The notes under the pieces are model-generated. The model worked only from the letters and a program-made list of their open reading frames with translations, was not told the DNA's origin and made no database searches. Shown here one piece after another: positions 1 to 9,216 of a DNA stretch of 59,143 nt. The position numbers were made by a program, and so were the translations under genes. The number at the start of each line of letters is the position of its first letter. The stretch's first letter is position 1. Origin of the DNA: a virus; IMG/VR virus record IMGVR_UViG_3300047462_000311, one strand, 5' to 3'.

Positions 1-127
1 AGCTCGAATGTGACTGTGTCGTGCTCGCCTGGATTCCTCTGCCGTCCCACTGACACCTTCGTGCGGATGAGTCCGCAATGCTTGCAGTGAGAGCGAGACG
101 AGTATCGCGTCCCACCGAGAGCATAGA
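1..127. repeat. Terminal overlap, copy at window start (identical to 59017..59143)
   Basis: Base-by-base comparison shows no mismatch over 127 nt. This is the typical closure signature of a circular contig. Confidence 0.95.
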
Positions 128-215
128 CACCTGGATTCTCGTCGCAGCCACCTTCGCCTTCGGCAGTGAACTCATGCTCGCCCTCCTCGGTGATTTGTTC
201 GACTTGATGAGTCAT
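1..215 (-). CDS. N-terminal part of a 79-aa Zn-ribbon protein spanning the circular junction (paralogue of the C-terminus of 54390..54890)
   Basis: ATG at 215..213. Translation MTHQVEQITEEGEHEFTAEGEGGCDENPGVYALGGTRYSSRSHCKHCGLIRTKVSVGRQRNPGEHDTVTFE continues across position 1 into 59016..58992. Confidence 0.6.
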   Translation of the reverse strand, partial: MTHQVEQITEEGEHEFTAEGEGGCDENPGVYALGGTRYSSRSHCKHCGLIRTKVSVGRQRNPGEHDTVTFE

Positions 216-242
216 TCCTATGGAGTGATACCCACGAACGCG

Positions 243-271
243 ATATTACAAAATGGCCGACAATTTGTCAA
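243..271 (-). promoter_or_regulatory. Sigma70-like promoter, leftward (TTGACA-N17-TAATAT)
   Basis: On the minus strand the -35 TTGACA is at 271..266 and the -10 TAATAT at 248..243, with a 17-nt spacer. It lies in the AT-rich intergenic region upstream of ATG 215. Confidence 0.6.
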
Positions 272-363
272 GTTTTTTTGAAAAAGTGAAAAAATTTTTA
301 AGTGAAGTAGAATCAATTGGATAGACTGGGGTCGTGGAAATTGGCATTTTTCAACAGGCAGCT

Positions 364-394
364 TTGACAGTCGGCAGCAATCAAGAGGTATAAT
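364..394 (+). promoter_or_regulatory. Sigma70-like promoter, rightward (TTGACA-N19-TATAAT)
   Basis: Both hexamers are perfect consensus (364..369 and 389..394), but the 19-nt spacer is longer than optimal. It lies upstream of tRNA-Trp and the terminase genes. Confidence 0.5.
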
Positions 395-418
395 TCGCGC
401 ATCGTCATGGTTGTTTCT

Positions 419-447
419 GGGGCTTGTGGTTTCCGACTGCAAGCCCC
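419..447 (+). other. 8-bp stem-loop between promoter and tRNA-Trp
   Basis: GGGGCTTG (419..426) pairs with CAAGCCCC (440..447) around a 13-nt loop. Function unknown; possibly a processing element. Confidence 0.5.
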
Positions 448-464
448 TCCTGCTTGGCTGGGCT

Positions 465-539
465 AGGGGAGTCGTCCAACGGCTAGGACTCCGGCCTCCA
501 AAACCGGCTATGGGGGTTCAAATCCCTCCTCCCCTGCCA
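465..539 (+). tRNA. tRNA-Trp (anticodon CCA), CCA end encoded
   Basis: Manual cloverleaf: acceptor AGGGGAG/CTCCCCT, D arm GTCC/GGAC, anticodon arm CCGGC-CTCCAAA-ACCGG, T arm GGGGG-TTCAAAT-CCCTC, G73. Closely resembles bacterial tRNA-Trp (A1-U72, G73). Confidence 0.9.
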
Positions 540-737
540 GTGTTGTCACAGCGAACCCAGCGACTTGGCGGCATCGTGCATATGGAGCACCACATCCTTG
601 AGCCGCTTCCCGATCCCGAGCGGCGAGTACTAGAGCGCGTCCATATCCTGGTGGAAGAGCCCGAGTACGCGCCGAGGGAGTACCAGGGGCGGCCCAAGGG
701 AGCGAAGGATCGGATACCGGGGCTACGGAGATTTCAC

Positions 738-1235
738 ATGGCTGATCGGCCATTAACAGAGAAACAGCAGCGGCTGCTCGAGGCGCTGCCAGAGAGCAGC
801 ACGCTAGGCGAAGCTGCGGCGAAGGCAGGCTACCCAAGCCGTCGCCCGGCGGTGCGAGCGTTGGCGAAGGTAAAAAAATCGTGCGGCGAGCTGCTGGACG
901 CTATTGGGTGGGGGCGAGAGGCGGCTTTGGCGGCGCTGGCCGAAATGGCCGATGCCCAAAAGGTGGTGTACTGGGCGAAGGATGGCATTGTTACCGATGA
1001 GCGCGTGGTGGCGGATAATGACGCGAGGCTTAAGGCCCGAATCGAAATAAACAAGATACTTGGACACTATCAGCAAGATGGGAATCGAACTGACGATCGA
1101 TCTGCGGCGGTTGCCGTACGCGTGGTCATCTCTGACGAAGGACGAGCAGCAAGACTTGCTGAACTCTTCGCCGCTGGTAGCTCCGCTGGTGTCGCCGTTG
1201 ACGTGGCTGCACGAGTGGACGAAGACTTGGGATGA
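738..1235 (+). CDS. terS: Terminase small subunit (putative)
   Basis: ATG 738 has GGAG 7 nt upstream. HTH-like LTEKQQRLLEALPESSTLGEAAAKAGY. Lies immediately upstream of terL. In-frame starts at 411 and 582 run through or abut the tRNA. Confidence 0.65.
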   Translation: MADRPLTEKQQRLLEALPESSTLGEAAAKAGYPSRRPAVRALAKVKKSCGELLDAIGWGREAALAALAEMADAQKVVYWAKDGIVTDERVVADNDARLKARIEINKILGHYQQDGNRTDDRSAAVAVRVVISDEGRAARLAELFAAGSSAGVAVDVAARVDEDLG

Positions 1236-2703
1236 GCACGATACCGCGACTCCGCACAAGCCCTTTCCGCAATACGACTATTTTGCCGAGCTAGCGCGGC
1301 TGTGGACAGACGAGCGCGTGCTCTTCGTCGCGAAGTCGCGCACCATGATGGCAACGTGGTTTTTCGCGGCGATGGCGCTGCATCACGTAATGACGCATCA
1401 GCCAGCATCTTGCATTTTCTGGTGCCCCGACCAAGACCGTGCTGAAAAATGCATAGACTACTGTAAGGTACTGTATTCTCAGCAAGATAAGAGGTTGCAA
1501 GCGCTCTATCCTCTGCCGAGGCGCAAGCGGACGGTTGAGGACTTGGCGGTCTATCGCTTCGAGTTTGCCGGTGGCGGCTGGCTCGAGGCCCTGCCCGGCA
1601 AGAACCCGGACAAGATCAGGTCAGAGCATCCGACCATCGTGATGATGGATGAGGCCGCGCATAACCCGAATGGTGGCGAGGCGTACGGCAACGCCATATC
1701 GACGCGCCCGCAGAAGCTTGTAGCGGTATCCTCGGCTGCGCCCGGCTGGTTCTTCGATCTGGCCGACTCCGCTACATTTGTCGGTCAGCCAGTACGCGGA
1801 CTCACGCTCAAGAAGATACCAGACGGTAAGCCAGCGGCAGGGACCACGGTAGCGTGGCTGCACTATACGGCGGACCCGACGATGACGCCAGAGCGGGTAG
1901 CCGAGCTGAAACGCGGCTACCCGGATCAATCCATCTGGGACAGGGAGATGGAGATCGATCCGCGAGCGCTCCGAGGGCAGAAAGTATTCCCTGAATGGAA
2001 TGCCGGACTGCACTGCGTAGCGGCCCGTTTGCCACTCGCCGCGCAGTACTGGACGACTTACCTTGCTTGCGATCCGCATCCTAGGCGGGCCCACGCATTT
2101 GTGTGGCTCTGCGTGAACAAGTACGGCGAGATGGTGGTGCCGTGGAGCTGGTGGCCCGAGGAGGACAACCGGCTCCGGGAAGCACGCGGAAAGTCGCGCT
2201 TCCTCATCCGCGAGTATGCCGAGGGATTGCGTGATGTGGATGAGGCGAAGCTCTTTCCTCCGGTTCTGCGGCGGTGGATGGATTCGGCTGGGAAAAATTT
2301 CGACGCCGACCAAGAGCACAACTTTTTCGATGCCTATCAGCTCGAGGGCATCTATTTTCAGCCAGCGAAGAAAAATCGAGAGTATGCAGGCTACAGCCTG
2401 ATTAGCCGGGCGCTGGTGCCGCAGAAGATCGTATGCGCGGAAGGCGAGGTATCACGGCCCCTGCTGACCATCATGCGCGGGTGTGGCCATAACGACATTC
2501 TGGCCGGCCAGATCGAGCGGCTGCGCTTCCGCGAATACCGGGGCATCGTCGTTGACAAGGATGCGCCAGACGAGCCGGAGGGCAAGGACAGGCACCTTGT
2601 GGATTGCCTTAGCTACATACTGCTCGAGATGCCGCGCTTTGTGGCGCCACACGGTCCGCGCCGCAGCACATTTGTTCCTGCGAATCCTGCGACCGGGTAC
2701 TAA
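1078..2703 (+). CDS. terL: Terminase large subunit
   Basis: About 540 aa. ATPase-like KSRTMMATWF and IVMMDEAAH, followed by a C-terminal nuclease-like half. Start uncertain (TTG 1060, ATG 1078, TTG 1198). Overlaps terS out of frame. Confidence 0.85.
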   Translation: MGIELTIDLRRLPYAWSSLTKDEQQDLLNSSPLVAPLVSPLTWLHEWTKTWDEHDTATPHKPFPQYDYFAELARLWTDERVLFVAKSRTMMATWFFAAMALHHVMTHQPASCIFWCPDQDRAEKCIDYCKVLYSQQDKRLQALYPLPRRKRTVEDLAVYRFEFAGGGWLEALPGKNPDKIRSEHPTIVMMDEAAHNPNGGEAYGNAISTRPQKLVAVSSAAPGWFFDLADSATFVGQPVRGLTLKKIPDGKPAAGTTVAWLHYTADPTMTPERVAELKRGYPDQSIWDREMEIDPRALRGQKVFPEWNAGLHCVAARLPLAAQYWTTYLACDPHPRRAHAFVWLCVNKYGEMVVPWSWWPEEDNRLREARGKSRFLIREYAEGLRDVDEAKLFPPVLRRWMDSAGKNFDADQEHNFFDAYQLEGIYFQPAKKNREYAGYSLISRALVPQKIVCAEGEVSRPLLTIMRGCGHNDILAGQIERLRFREYRGIVVDKDAPDEPEGKDRHLVDCLSYILLEMPRFVAPHGPRRSTFVPANPATGY

Positions 2704-2713
2704 GCGATGTTTC

Positions 2714-3052
2714 ATGTGGCAGGTAATAGCGGTGTACCGTCCTGGTCCCAAGCGCACTGTGCAATGGAATCGCGGCTGGAGTGTTCCGGAGATAACCGTT
2801 GAGCCCAATCCTGGAGAAGGCTGCGAGTTCAGATTCACGGTGGAAGCGCAAACCGCAGAGGAAGCGGTGGAAGCCGCGCGGCGGCACTCCGGCTACTTCC
2901 TTGGGGGATTGGATGCCAAGTTTGATTTTCGCGCTTTCCGGGTGGCCATACTGGGAGCTGAGCGACTTGCAGAAGTTTCTGAACGACAAGAACCGAGTGC
3001 GGCGCTGGCGCTGGGCGATGGCGGCCAAAACATGGCGGAAGAAATCCGATGA
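2714..3052 (+). CDS. Hypothetical protein (112 aa)
   Basis: First ATG after the terL stop in the long 2483..3052 frame. Protein-like composition (EFRFTVEAQTAEEAVEAARRH). Confidence 0.5.
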   Translation: MWQVIAVYRPGPKRTVQWNRGWSVPEITVEPNPGEGCEFRFTVEAQTAEEAVEAARRHSGYFLGGLDAKFDFRAFRVAILGAERLAEVSERQEPSAALALGDGGQNMAEEIR

Positions 3053-3073
3053 CGATGGAGGATAGCACTTCAC

Positions 3074-3316
3074 ATGGCAACAACACCTGTATTCGAAGTC
3101 ACATTCCAGATACGGAAAGCGGGGATCGGCCAAGGCCAAGCCGACATCTATCGCAGAGAACAGAAAACCTGTTTGCTCGCGGCAGCCACGTCGCACCCGA
3201 AGGACATTCTGAGCGTGCTGGCCAGCAATTTCACGCTGGGGAGCGGCGAGAGCTTCGACGTGCTGAGCGTGCAGCCAATCCATATTGGCGGCAGCGGAGC
3301 CAATGTCCTGTCCTGA
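3074..3316 (+). CDS. Hypothetical protein (80 aa)
   Basis: GGAGGA about 10 nt upstream of the ATG. Co-directional and tightly packed with neighbours. Confidence 0.55.
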   Translation: MATTPVFEVTFQIRKAGIGQGQADIYRREQKTCLLAAATSHPKDILSVLASNFTLGSGESFDVLSVQPIHIGGSGANVLS

Positions 3317-3518
3317 GAAACGCCATTCGGAATGGGCCGCGCGGCGCCTGGTAAGCACCATCCGGGCGCATCACAGCGATCCCAAGGAGCATCTGGTGCA
3401 ATCCGAAATGTGGGCATACAGGATCCTGCGAGAGAGATATCTGGTGCAGGGAAAATGGATCAAGCATGCCTACGCCAAGGCGCTTAGCCTGGCGGAGGGC
3501 AAGGAGAAAACCGCATGA
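3303..3518 (+). CDS. Hypothetical protein (71 aa)
   Basis: Internal ATG 3303 of ORF 3285..3518. Overlaps the previous stop by 14 nt and forms an ATGA junction with the next ORF. Confidence 0.45.
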   Translation: MSCPEKRHSEWAARRLVSTIRAHHSDPKEHLVQSEMWAYRILRERYLVQGKWIKHAYAKALSLAEGKEKTA

Positions 3519-3787
3519 GAGTCAAGAGTTTTGAAGTGTCCAAGATGAAAAGCAACAAAGGGTATGCGTACAAGGTGGTCGTGCATCACCACGACAAGCC
3601 GCCAGCCACCGGAAAGGGCATGAAGGGGCTCTTGGCTCCCACGTATGTGCCGCCGGAGGAGCATGCGCATATGACGCGGGCGGCGCTCCACAAGCACATC
3701 AACGATTTAACGAACTCGATGTGCGTGTCGCCGAACGGTGACGACAACGAGGGCGAGAAGTACCCGGAAAAGAGCGACGAATACTAA
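3515..3787 (+). CDS. Hypothetical His-rich protein (90 aa)
   Basis: AAGGAG 8 nt upstream of the ATG. ATGA overlap with the previous ORF. Confidence 0.55.
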   Translation: MRVKSFEVSKMKSNKGYAYKVVVHHHDKPPATGKGMKGLLAPTYVPPEEHAHMTRAALHKHINDLTNSMCVSPNGDDNEGEKYPEKSDEY

Positions 3788-3791
3788 GAGC

Positions 3792-5957
3792 ATGGCTGAC
3801 ACCATATCCACAGTCGCCGGTTCCGACATCAAGGTCGACGACCATAGCTCGGAGATACTCGAACAGCGCCGCGCGAGCGAGCGCTACATGATGAATAACT
3901 ATTATCAGGAATGGACAGAAATCTACCGGAACATGAAGGCTCGTGTCGAGCCGATCATGCGGAAAAACGAAAAAGGCGAAGAAGTCGAGGATAAGAGCCG
4001 GTCGAACATCTGCCTTCCTGATCACCATGTTATGGTGCGGCGCGGAACGGCGCGGCTAACGCGCAATTCGCCCAATCTGCGCTTGCGCGGCAAGGACCCG
4101 ATAGCGGCGGACAAAGCCGCCGCCCAGCTCATGTATCAGTGGGACAGGAGCGAGTCGCAAGCGCAATTCCGCCGCATTGTGCGGTGCTGCAAGGCTTTGG
4201 GTATTGGCTGGGGAAAGAACTATTACGACCGCGTGCAGGTCATTCGGCGTTTCCGCAGGCTGACGCAGACGCTCACGCGGGAAGAGCTGATGGCGCATCA
4301 GGGCGCTCCGGACGATGAGATCGCCGATGCCATAAGGCAGCTAGGGCCCAATCTGACGCAGGCGGAAATCACTCAGGCAACCAGCGAGTACGGTGACCAG
4401 ATAACGCTCGGAGTGCCTGTCACGCGCTACAGCGGACCGGTGTTGTCTTACGTATTTGCCGGCGACATTTTTGCCGAACCGGGCTTTTACTCCGGCAATC
4501 AGTCCGCGTACATCATCGAGAATAGCATTCGTGACGAAGAATGGCTGGAATACTGGACGCGGCAAGAGAGCATCGATCCCGAGACTGGACAGAAGTCTCC
4601 GGTAATTGATCCGGCAAAGGCGCAAGAGCTCCTGGATATGTGCGGAGACCGCAATTATTTGGATCAAAAGTCGATCAGCCTGCGGCGCATGATGCGCGAA
4701 GCGGTTTCCGTTGCCGATCCTTTGAGTGCGGGCAAGCCTATTCGCCCGCCGCGCAAGCGCTTCATGGTGGATGAGCGGCACACCATCGTGGACGGGCGCT
4801 TGTGCATTGAGTATGTCGGCGAAGAGTCTCTGTACCTCGGAAGGCAATGGTATCCGTGGGACACATACGGAAAATACATTTACACCGATATGGTGCTGAT
4901 CCCCGATCTTTTCGAGGGCATTGGTGATTCCACGCCGAGAATCACGCGTTTCCTTATGCAGCTTCGGAACTCCCGCGCGAATCAGACAACGGACTTCATC
5001 AATAACAAGTTGCTGCCATTGATCAAGGTGCTTGAGGGCACAAACCTAACCGACGATGATTTGGTCAGAACAGGATTCGGGAGGCTTCTCTATCTGAAGA
5101 ACCTGGGGGAAATTGACTTCCTGCAAGACCCTGTCTTTCCAGCGGAAGCGTTTCAGGATCAGGCCCAATGGACGCGGGAAATGCAACAAGCTGATCCTTC
5201 GGTTGCCGATTTCGCTCCCGGAACCGAAGCCATGCCGCAGCCGGGCAAGCTGGCAACAAGCCTGATTCTTCAGAAGCAATCCGGCGATGACGTTCTCGCC
5301 GACGAACTCAATGAGATAGGCCAGTTTATCCGTTCGGTAATGGAGATTTGGCTGGCCTTCAACCAGCAGGCGATGGAGGATGCGCTAGAGATTCAAAAGG
5401 GCGACTCGCCGCGAATCGATCAGATTATCGAAGCCATCAGCGAACGAACGCAGGGCGGAAACCCCAAAGTAATACGCATCGATCCGATGGACATTCAGCA
5501 GGAGTTCGAGATTCTTCCAGAGGAAGGCTCGACGCTCGCCGATGATGATCAGTATAAAGTACAGAAATTGCAGCAGGGATTCATGCTGGCCGCGCAGAAT
5601 CCCGACGTGCTGAACAAGCGCGTATTTGCCGCGCCACTGGCGAAGGCGATAGGGGTGGACCCGGAGGCGGCGATTCTTCCTCCGTCTCCGCCAGCGCCCC
5701 CGGTAAAGATCGGATTCAATGTTACGGCAAAGTTCGAGGATTTGTCTCCCGATGTGCAAGCAGCCATTTTGCAGAGTGTGGGCTTGCCCTCCGAGGGGCA
5801 AGCCATGTTATCGCTTGTCCGGCATGGAAGCCAGGCTGTCCAGCATGTGGGAGCCGCCGCTGATGCCGCTGCGACCTTGGCCGAACCGGCGCATGAACCT
5901 AAAACCATTGTGCCGCCCGGAATGAAAAATGCCGAGAAAAACAAACCTGGAATCTGA
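3792..5957 (+). CDS. Portal protein
   Basis: 721 aa, the first large ORF after terL. Start set to ATG 3792, just after the preceding stop. Called on size and position; no diagnostic motif verified. Confidence 0.75.
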   Translation: MADTISTVAGSDIKVDDHSSEILEQRRASERYMMNNYYQEWTEIYRNMKARVEPIMRKNEKGEEVEDKSRSNICLPDHHVMVRRGTARLTRNSPNLRLRGKDPIAADKAAAQLMYQWDRSESQAQFRRIVRCCKALGIGWGKNYYDRVQVIRRFRRLTQTLTREELMAHQGAPDDEIADAIRQLGPNLTQAEITQATSEYGDQITLGVPVTRYSGPVLSYVFAGDIFAEPGFYSGNQSAYIIENSIRDEEWLEYWTRQESIDPETGQKSPVIDPAKAQELLDMCGDRNYLDQKSISLRRMMREAVSVADPLSAGKPIRPPRKRFMVDERHTIVDGRLCIEYVGEESLYLGRQWYPWDTYGKYIYTDMVLIPDLFEGIGDSTPRITRFLMQLRNSRANQTTDFINNKLLPLIKVLEGTNLTDDDLVRTGFGRLLYLKNLGEIDFLQDPVFPAEAFQDQAQWTREMQQADPSVADFAPGTEAMPQPGKLATSLILQKQSGDDVLADELNEIGQFIRSVMEIWLAFNQQAMEDALEIQKGDSPRIDQIIEAISERTQGGNPKVIRIDPMDIQQEFEILPEEGSTLADDDQYKVQKLQQGFMLAAQNPDVLNKRVFAAPLAKAIGVDPEAAILPPSPPAPPVKIGFNVTAKFEDLSPDVQAAILQSVGLPSEGQAMLSLVRHGSQAVQHVGAAADAAATLAEPAHEPKTIVPPGMKNAEKNKPGI

Positions 5958-6171
5958 AGATCGCAGGCAATTGCTGCTGATGCTGGATAACAGCGCATTG
6001 ATGGCATCGTTTCGCAAATTGCTTCTGGAAGAAGCCGCCTTCTGGCAAACGCATCTTCAAAACGAATCGCTTCAGCAATCGCCAAACACGAATCTAATGA
6101 TCCAGTACGCGGCCAAGGCATCAGCCGTTGCCAGCATGGAAGCCATAATCCGGTCGGCAGCGGGACTATGA
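5929..6171 (+). CDS. Hypothetical protein (80 aa), first gene of the inserted modification operon
   Basis: Overlaps the portal 3' end by 29 nt and forms an ATGA junction with the next gene. Confidence 0.45.
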   Translation: MPRKTNLESEDRRQLLLMLDNSALMASFRKLLLEEAAFWQTHLQNESLQQSPNTNLMIQYAAKASAVASMEAIIRSAAGL

Positions 6172-7166
6172 GGATCGCTGTTTTTTATCCAAAAGACAGA
6201 AGCGCGGCATGGAGCATGGGCGGCGGTTTGCCGGCGACATTGCGCAGGATGGGGCATGCTGTGACGGATGGGGCAATTCGCCCTGGCGCCGGGAGCGCCG
6301 CCGATATAGAAGCGGCTCGCGTCACGATGCCAGCCCTTGAACATCTGCGGTCTATGGACGCCATTCTCATCAGCGGGCCGGAACACTTGATTCCGTGGCT
6401 CGATGAGATATACGGAAAATACGAGTGGAAACAACTGCAAGCAAGGAAAGCGGCATGGCTGCACGAATCGCTTTTCCGAGAGGATTACAGCATTCAGTTC
6501 GACCAGATACAGCCCTGGGCCGACGAATACTTTTTCCCCGCAGTACAGGATGCGGAGTTTTGCGACCAAGAAAGTTTCGCCAAGGGGCATTCGCACTGGC
6601 TCCCGTTTGGCGTGGACACGGAAGTATTCAAGCCGGACGGGTTTGAGAAGAAAGAATGGCCCGTAGCATTCATTGGCGGAATCTATGAGAAACGCGCACG
6701 ATTCCTGCGGGCGCTCAGCAGGCATGCCATACCGCCGATACGCATAGGCGGAGTGATGATTGATGTAATGGGATTCCAGGCGCTCGAATCCGCCAAGCGC
6801 CTGGCCGATTGCTACCGGAGAACTAGCGTGTTTTTCAATTTGCCGGCGCTGTCGCAATGCCTGGTTTCCAAGGTTTACGAAGTGATGGCCTGCGGAACGT
6901 TCTTGCTCACGCCGATGCTGAGCGCGGACAGGGGCGTGGCTAAAAACCAAGCTGCGTTCACCAGCGGGCACCACCTTGTGTACTACCGGTCAAGCAATTT
7001 GCCGTATGTCGCGCAGCTTTTGCGGGAATGGTCCAGCGAAGAAAAATCGGCGGAAAGAGAAATGATTGCCGCTAGTGGATGCCGGGAAGCGCACGCGAAT
7101 CATAGCCTGGAGAACCGGCTGAAAGTGATTATGGAGAAACTTGCCATACCCGTGGCTGTTCAATGA
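6168..7166 (+). CDS. CgeB-like glycosyltransferase (GT-B, Glyco_trans_1_2-like C-terminal domain)
   Basis: The C-terminal half (VAFIGGIYEKRARFL, SKVYEVMACGTFLLTP, HLVYYRS, ENRL) matches my memory of CgeB/DUF3880-type glycosyltransferases. Confidence 0.6.
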   Translation: MRIAVFYPKDRSAAWSMGGGLPATLRRMGHAVTDGAIRPGAGSAADIEAARVTMPALEHLRSMDAILISGPEHLIPWLDEIYGKYEWKQLQARKAAWLHESLFREDYSIQFDQIQPWADEYFFPAVQDAEFCDQESFAKGHSHWLPFGVDTEVFKPDGFEKKEWPVAFIGGIYEKRARFLRALSRHAIPPIRIGGVMIDVMGFQALESAKRLADCYRRTSVFFNLPALSQCLVSKVYEVMACGTFLLTPMLSADRGVAKNQAAFTSGHHLVYYRSSNLPYVAQLLREWSSEEKSAEREMIAASGCREAHANHSLENRLKVIMEKLAIPVAVQ

Positions 7167-8209
7167 TGGAACGCTATTCAGAACTGCGAGTGCTGCGATG
7201 GTATGACCGGATACAAGCGAGCCTTCAGCCGGAAGGGGATGCGCCGGGACCGATACGCGCGAACCTTGACTTGACGAATTTATGCTCGCATGCCTGCCCG
7301 TGGTGCGAACCTTTGGATTTCCGAAAAGCTACAATCGCCGGAAACCGGCACACCTTGCCCAAAGACATTGCGGAAGGCGTGCTATCCGATCTGCGCGAGA
7401 TGGATTGCAGGCTTATAAATTTTTCCGGCGGCGGAGAACCCACGCTGCACAGGGATTTCGGACCGCTTCTCGAAACAGCCCATCGCCACGGCTTTAGAAC
7501 AAACGTGATTACTCATGGCGGTTTCATCGACCGCTGGACCGATTATCTGGTGGATTGCGCGGATCACATTCGCGTATCGCTAGATTCTTCATGCGATGCG
7601 GAGCACCGGCAGATGCACGGAAGCAAATCGGGAGAATTCAGGCGCGTTGTCGGGAATATCCGTTCGCTTGTGAAAGCTCGCGGCGATAAGCGGAGCCCTG
7701 AAATCGGAATTGCCTACATCGTTGCCGACTGTAACAGGACCTACTACAGCATTCTGCCGTTCTTGGAAATGGCCCAGGAATGCGGAGTGGATTTTGTGCA
7801 TTTCCGCCCCGTTTCGGAGCAGACAAGGCAGTTCATGCACGGCGACTGGAATGCCGCCTCCGCGCTGATAGCGCATGTTGCAAAGAAGTTCCCGAGACTG
7901 GACGTACGCATTCTCGGAAAGCGCGGAAACGATGTTTTCACGCAGCGCGAGTTTGATAAGTGCTACGCGGCCTACACCCTTGCCGTGATTGGGGCGAACG
8001 GGGATGTTTCCGCATGCTGTGACCAGCGCACCATTGTATTCGGCAGCGTGCATGAAAAGAGATTCCGCGATATTTGGCAATCGCAAGAACACCGAAAAAA
8101 GGCGGCGGCCATAGTTCCAAGACTTTGCCGCATCTGCCTGATGTGCGACTACAACCGCGCCGTAAGGAAATATGTTGTCGGAAACGAAGCCCTGCCGGAG
8201 ATGTTGTAG
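7163..8209 (+). CDS. Radical SAM enzyme with Cys-rich SPASM/twitch-like C-terminal region
   Basis: Canonical CX3CX2C (CSHACPWC), a GGGEPTL SAM-binding motif, and C-terminal ACCDQ..GSV..IW..CRICLMC. Confidence 0.85.
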   Translation: MMERYSELRVLRWYDRIQASLQPEGDAPGPIRANLDLTNLCSHACPWCEPLDFRKATIAGNRHTLPKDIAEGVLSDLREMDCRLINFSGGGEPTLHRDFGPLLETAHRHGFRTNVITHGGFIDRWTDYLVDCADHIRVSLDSSCDAEHRQMHGSKSGEFRRVVGNIRSLVKARGDKRSPEIGIAYIVADCNRTYYSILPFLEMAQECGVDFVHFRPVSEQTRQFMHGDWNAASALIAHVAKKFPRLDVRILGKRGNDVFTQREFDKCYAAYTLAVIGANGDVSACCDQRTIVFGSVHEKRFRDIWQSQEHRKKAAAIVPRLCRICLMCDYNRAVRKYVVGNEALPEML

Positions 8210-8620
8210 ATGGAAATGAATATCGGAGAAGTGCTTGATAGGTACACCATAGAGGCGCGAAAGGTTCTCTATGGCCACGGCGACGAGGAAATCCTGCGGC
8301 AAATTGAACAAGAGCTTCGCAACCGATTCGGGAACATCCCTGCGGAGTTGTTCCTTGCCGGAGCGCGGCTAGGACTCGCAAACTCGGCGATTGCCGAACT
8401 GGAATGGCAGATACGCGCCGGGCAAGACTTAAGCCTTGAAGAGATTGGGCGCCGCGCCAAGGCAATCCGCGTTTTGAACGGAAAACGAGTCGATGCCAAA
8501 AACTGGGCAGGCCTGGTTTTTGACGGAAAACCAGCCGTGATAGCCCATTATGGCAAGGGAGACGATCTTCCCGCCGCCAAGCTTACGTTCGACATGCAGG
8601 AGCCGCGATGCGCGAGATGA
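8210..8620 (+). CDS. Hypothetical helical protein (136 aa), possibly DUF4254-like
   Basis: The start directly abuts the rSAM stop (TAGATG). The segment NSAIAELEWQIRAG..EEIGRRAKAIRVLNGKRVDAKN is reminiscent of small proteins that accompany sugar-modification loci. Unverified. Confidence 0.5.
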   Translation: MEMNIGEVLDRYTIEARKVLYGHGDEEILRQIEQELRNRFGNIPAELFLAGARLGLANSAIAELEWQIRAGQDLSLEEIGRRAKAIRVLNGKRVDAKNWAGLVFDGKPAVIAHYGKGDDLPAAKLTFDMQEPRCAR

Positions 8621-9216
8621 AGATTCGCAGCGCGGCGGAAGGCGCCAGATATCACCGCGACGTCGGCCCGCGCATATATTCCGATTGTCCGGTTCAGAGG
8701 CCGCGCATCGAACGATCCCGCGAATTTGTTGCGAAGGCGCTTGGGCACCTAAGTCCGGGATCGCGCATTGTAGAACTCGGCTGCGGAACCGCCGACATTA
8801 CGGGGCCATTTTCTGAAAAAGGGTGGATCGTTACAGGAATCGAATGCAACGAAAAATCCGTTGCCATAGCGCGAGAACGATTCCCCAAAATGTTTTTGTA
8901 CAACGAGGAAATCGGATCGATTCGCATTGCCCCAGCCGATCTCGTTGTGATGTGTGAGGTTCTGGAGCATTTGGCCGACCCTAAAGCAGAAGTCCGGCAT
9001 TGGCTTGGCATAGCCAATGCCGCCGTGATTTCCCATCCTATCGATGAACCATTGGATTCCGAGCTCTCTGCGGGAGAGCATCAGTGGAGCTTCAGCGAGC
9101 ATGACCTTGAAGAATGGTTTGAATTGGGCGGCATGAAGCTGAAAGAACAACTGATATTCCCAATGGGGAGCTACAGGATAGGCCTAGCTTATGGAGTCCG
9201 TGAGGTAAGTACATGA
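8608..9216 (+). CDS. Class I SAM-dependent methyltransferase
   Basis: Motif I VELGCGTADIT, an acidic residue after beta-2 (IE), and motif VVMCEVLEHLADP. Confidence 0.85.
   Translation: MREMKIRSAAEGARYHRDVGPRIYSDCPVQRPRIERSREFVAKALGHLSPGSRIVELGCGTADITGPFSEKGWIVTGIECNEKSVAIARERFPKMFLYNEEIGSIRIAPADLVVMCEVLEHLADPKAEVRHWLGIANAAVISHPIDEPLDSELSAGEHQWSFSEHDLEEWFELGGMKLKEQLIFPMGSYRIGLAYGVREVST

Noticed and set aside
78-442. ORFs 78..281 (+) and 218..442 (-) in the first intergenic region
   Set aside because: The first is antisense to the junction gene. The second spans the AT-rich divergent-promoter region and has no SD and an implausible composition.
411-737. N-terminal extension of the small terminase ORF (starts at 411 or 582)
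   Set aside because: The extension reads straight through the tRNA-Trp gene (465..539) and has no SD. ATG 738 has GGAG at the correct spacing.
6072-6974. Long antisense ORFs opposite the late genes (for example 6072..6974, 7589..8311, 10798..11604, 19232..19870 and 39596..40276, all minus strand)
   Set aside because: They lie fully inside well-supported plus-strand genes with clear motifs. They have Arg/Ala/Ser/Pro-rich, low-complexity translations typical of the antisense frame of GC-rich coding DNA. They lack SD sequences.
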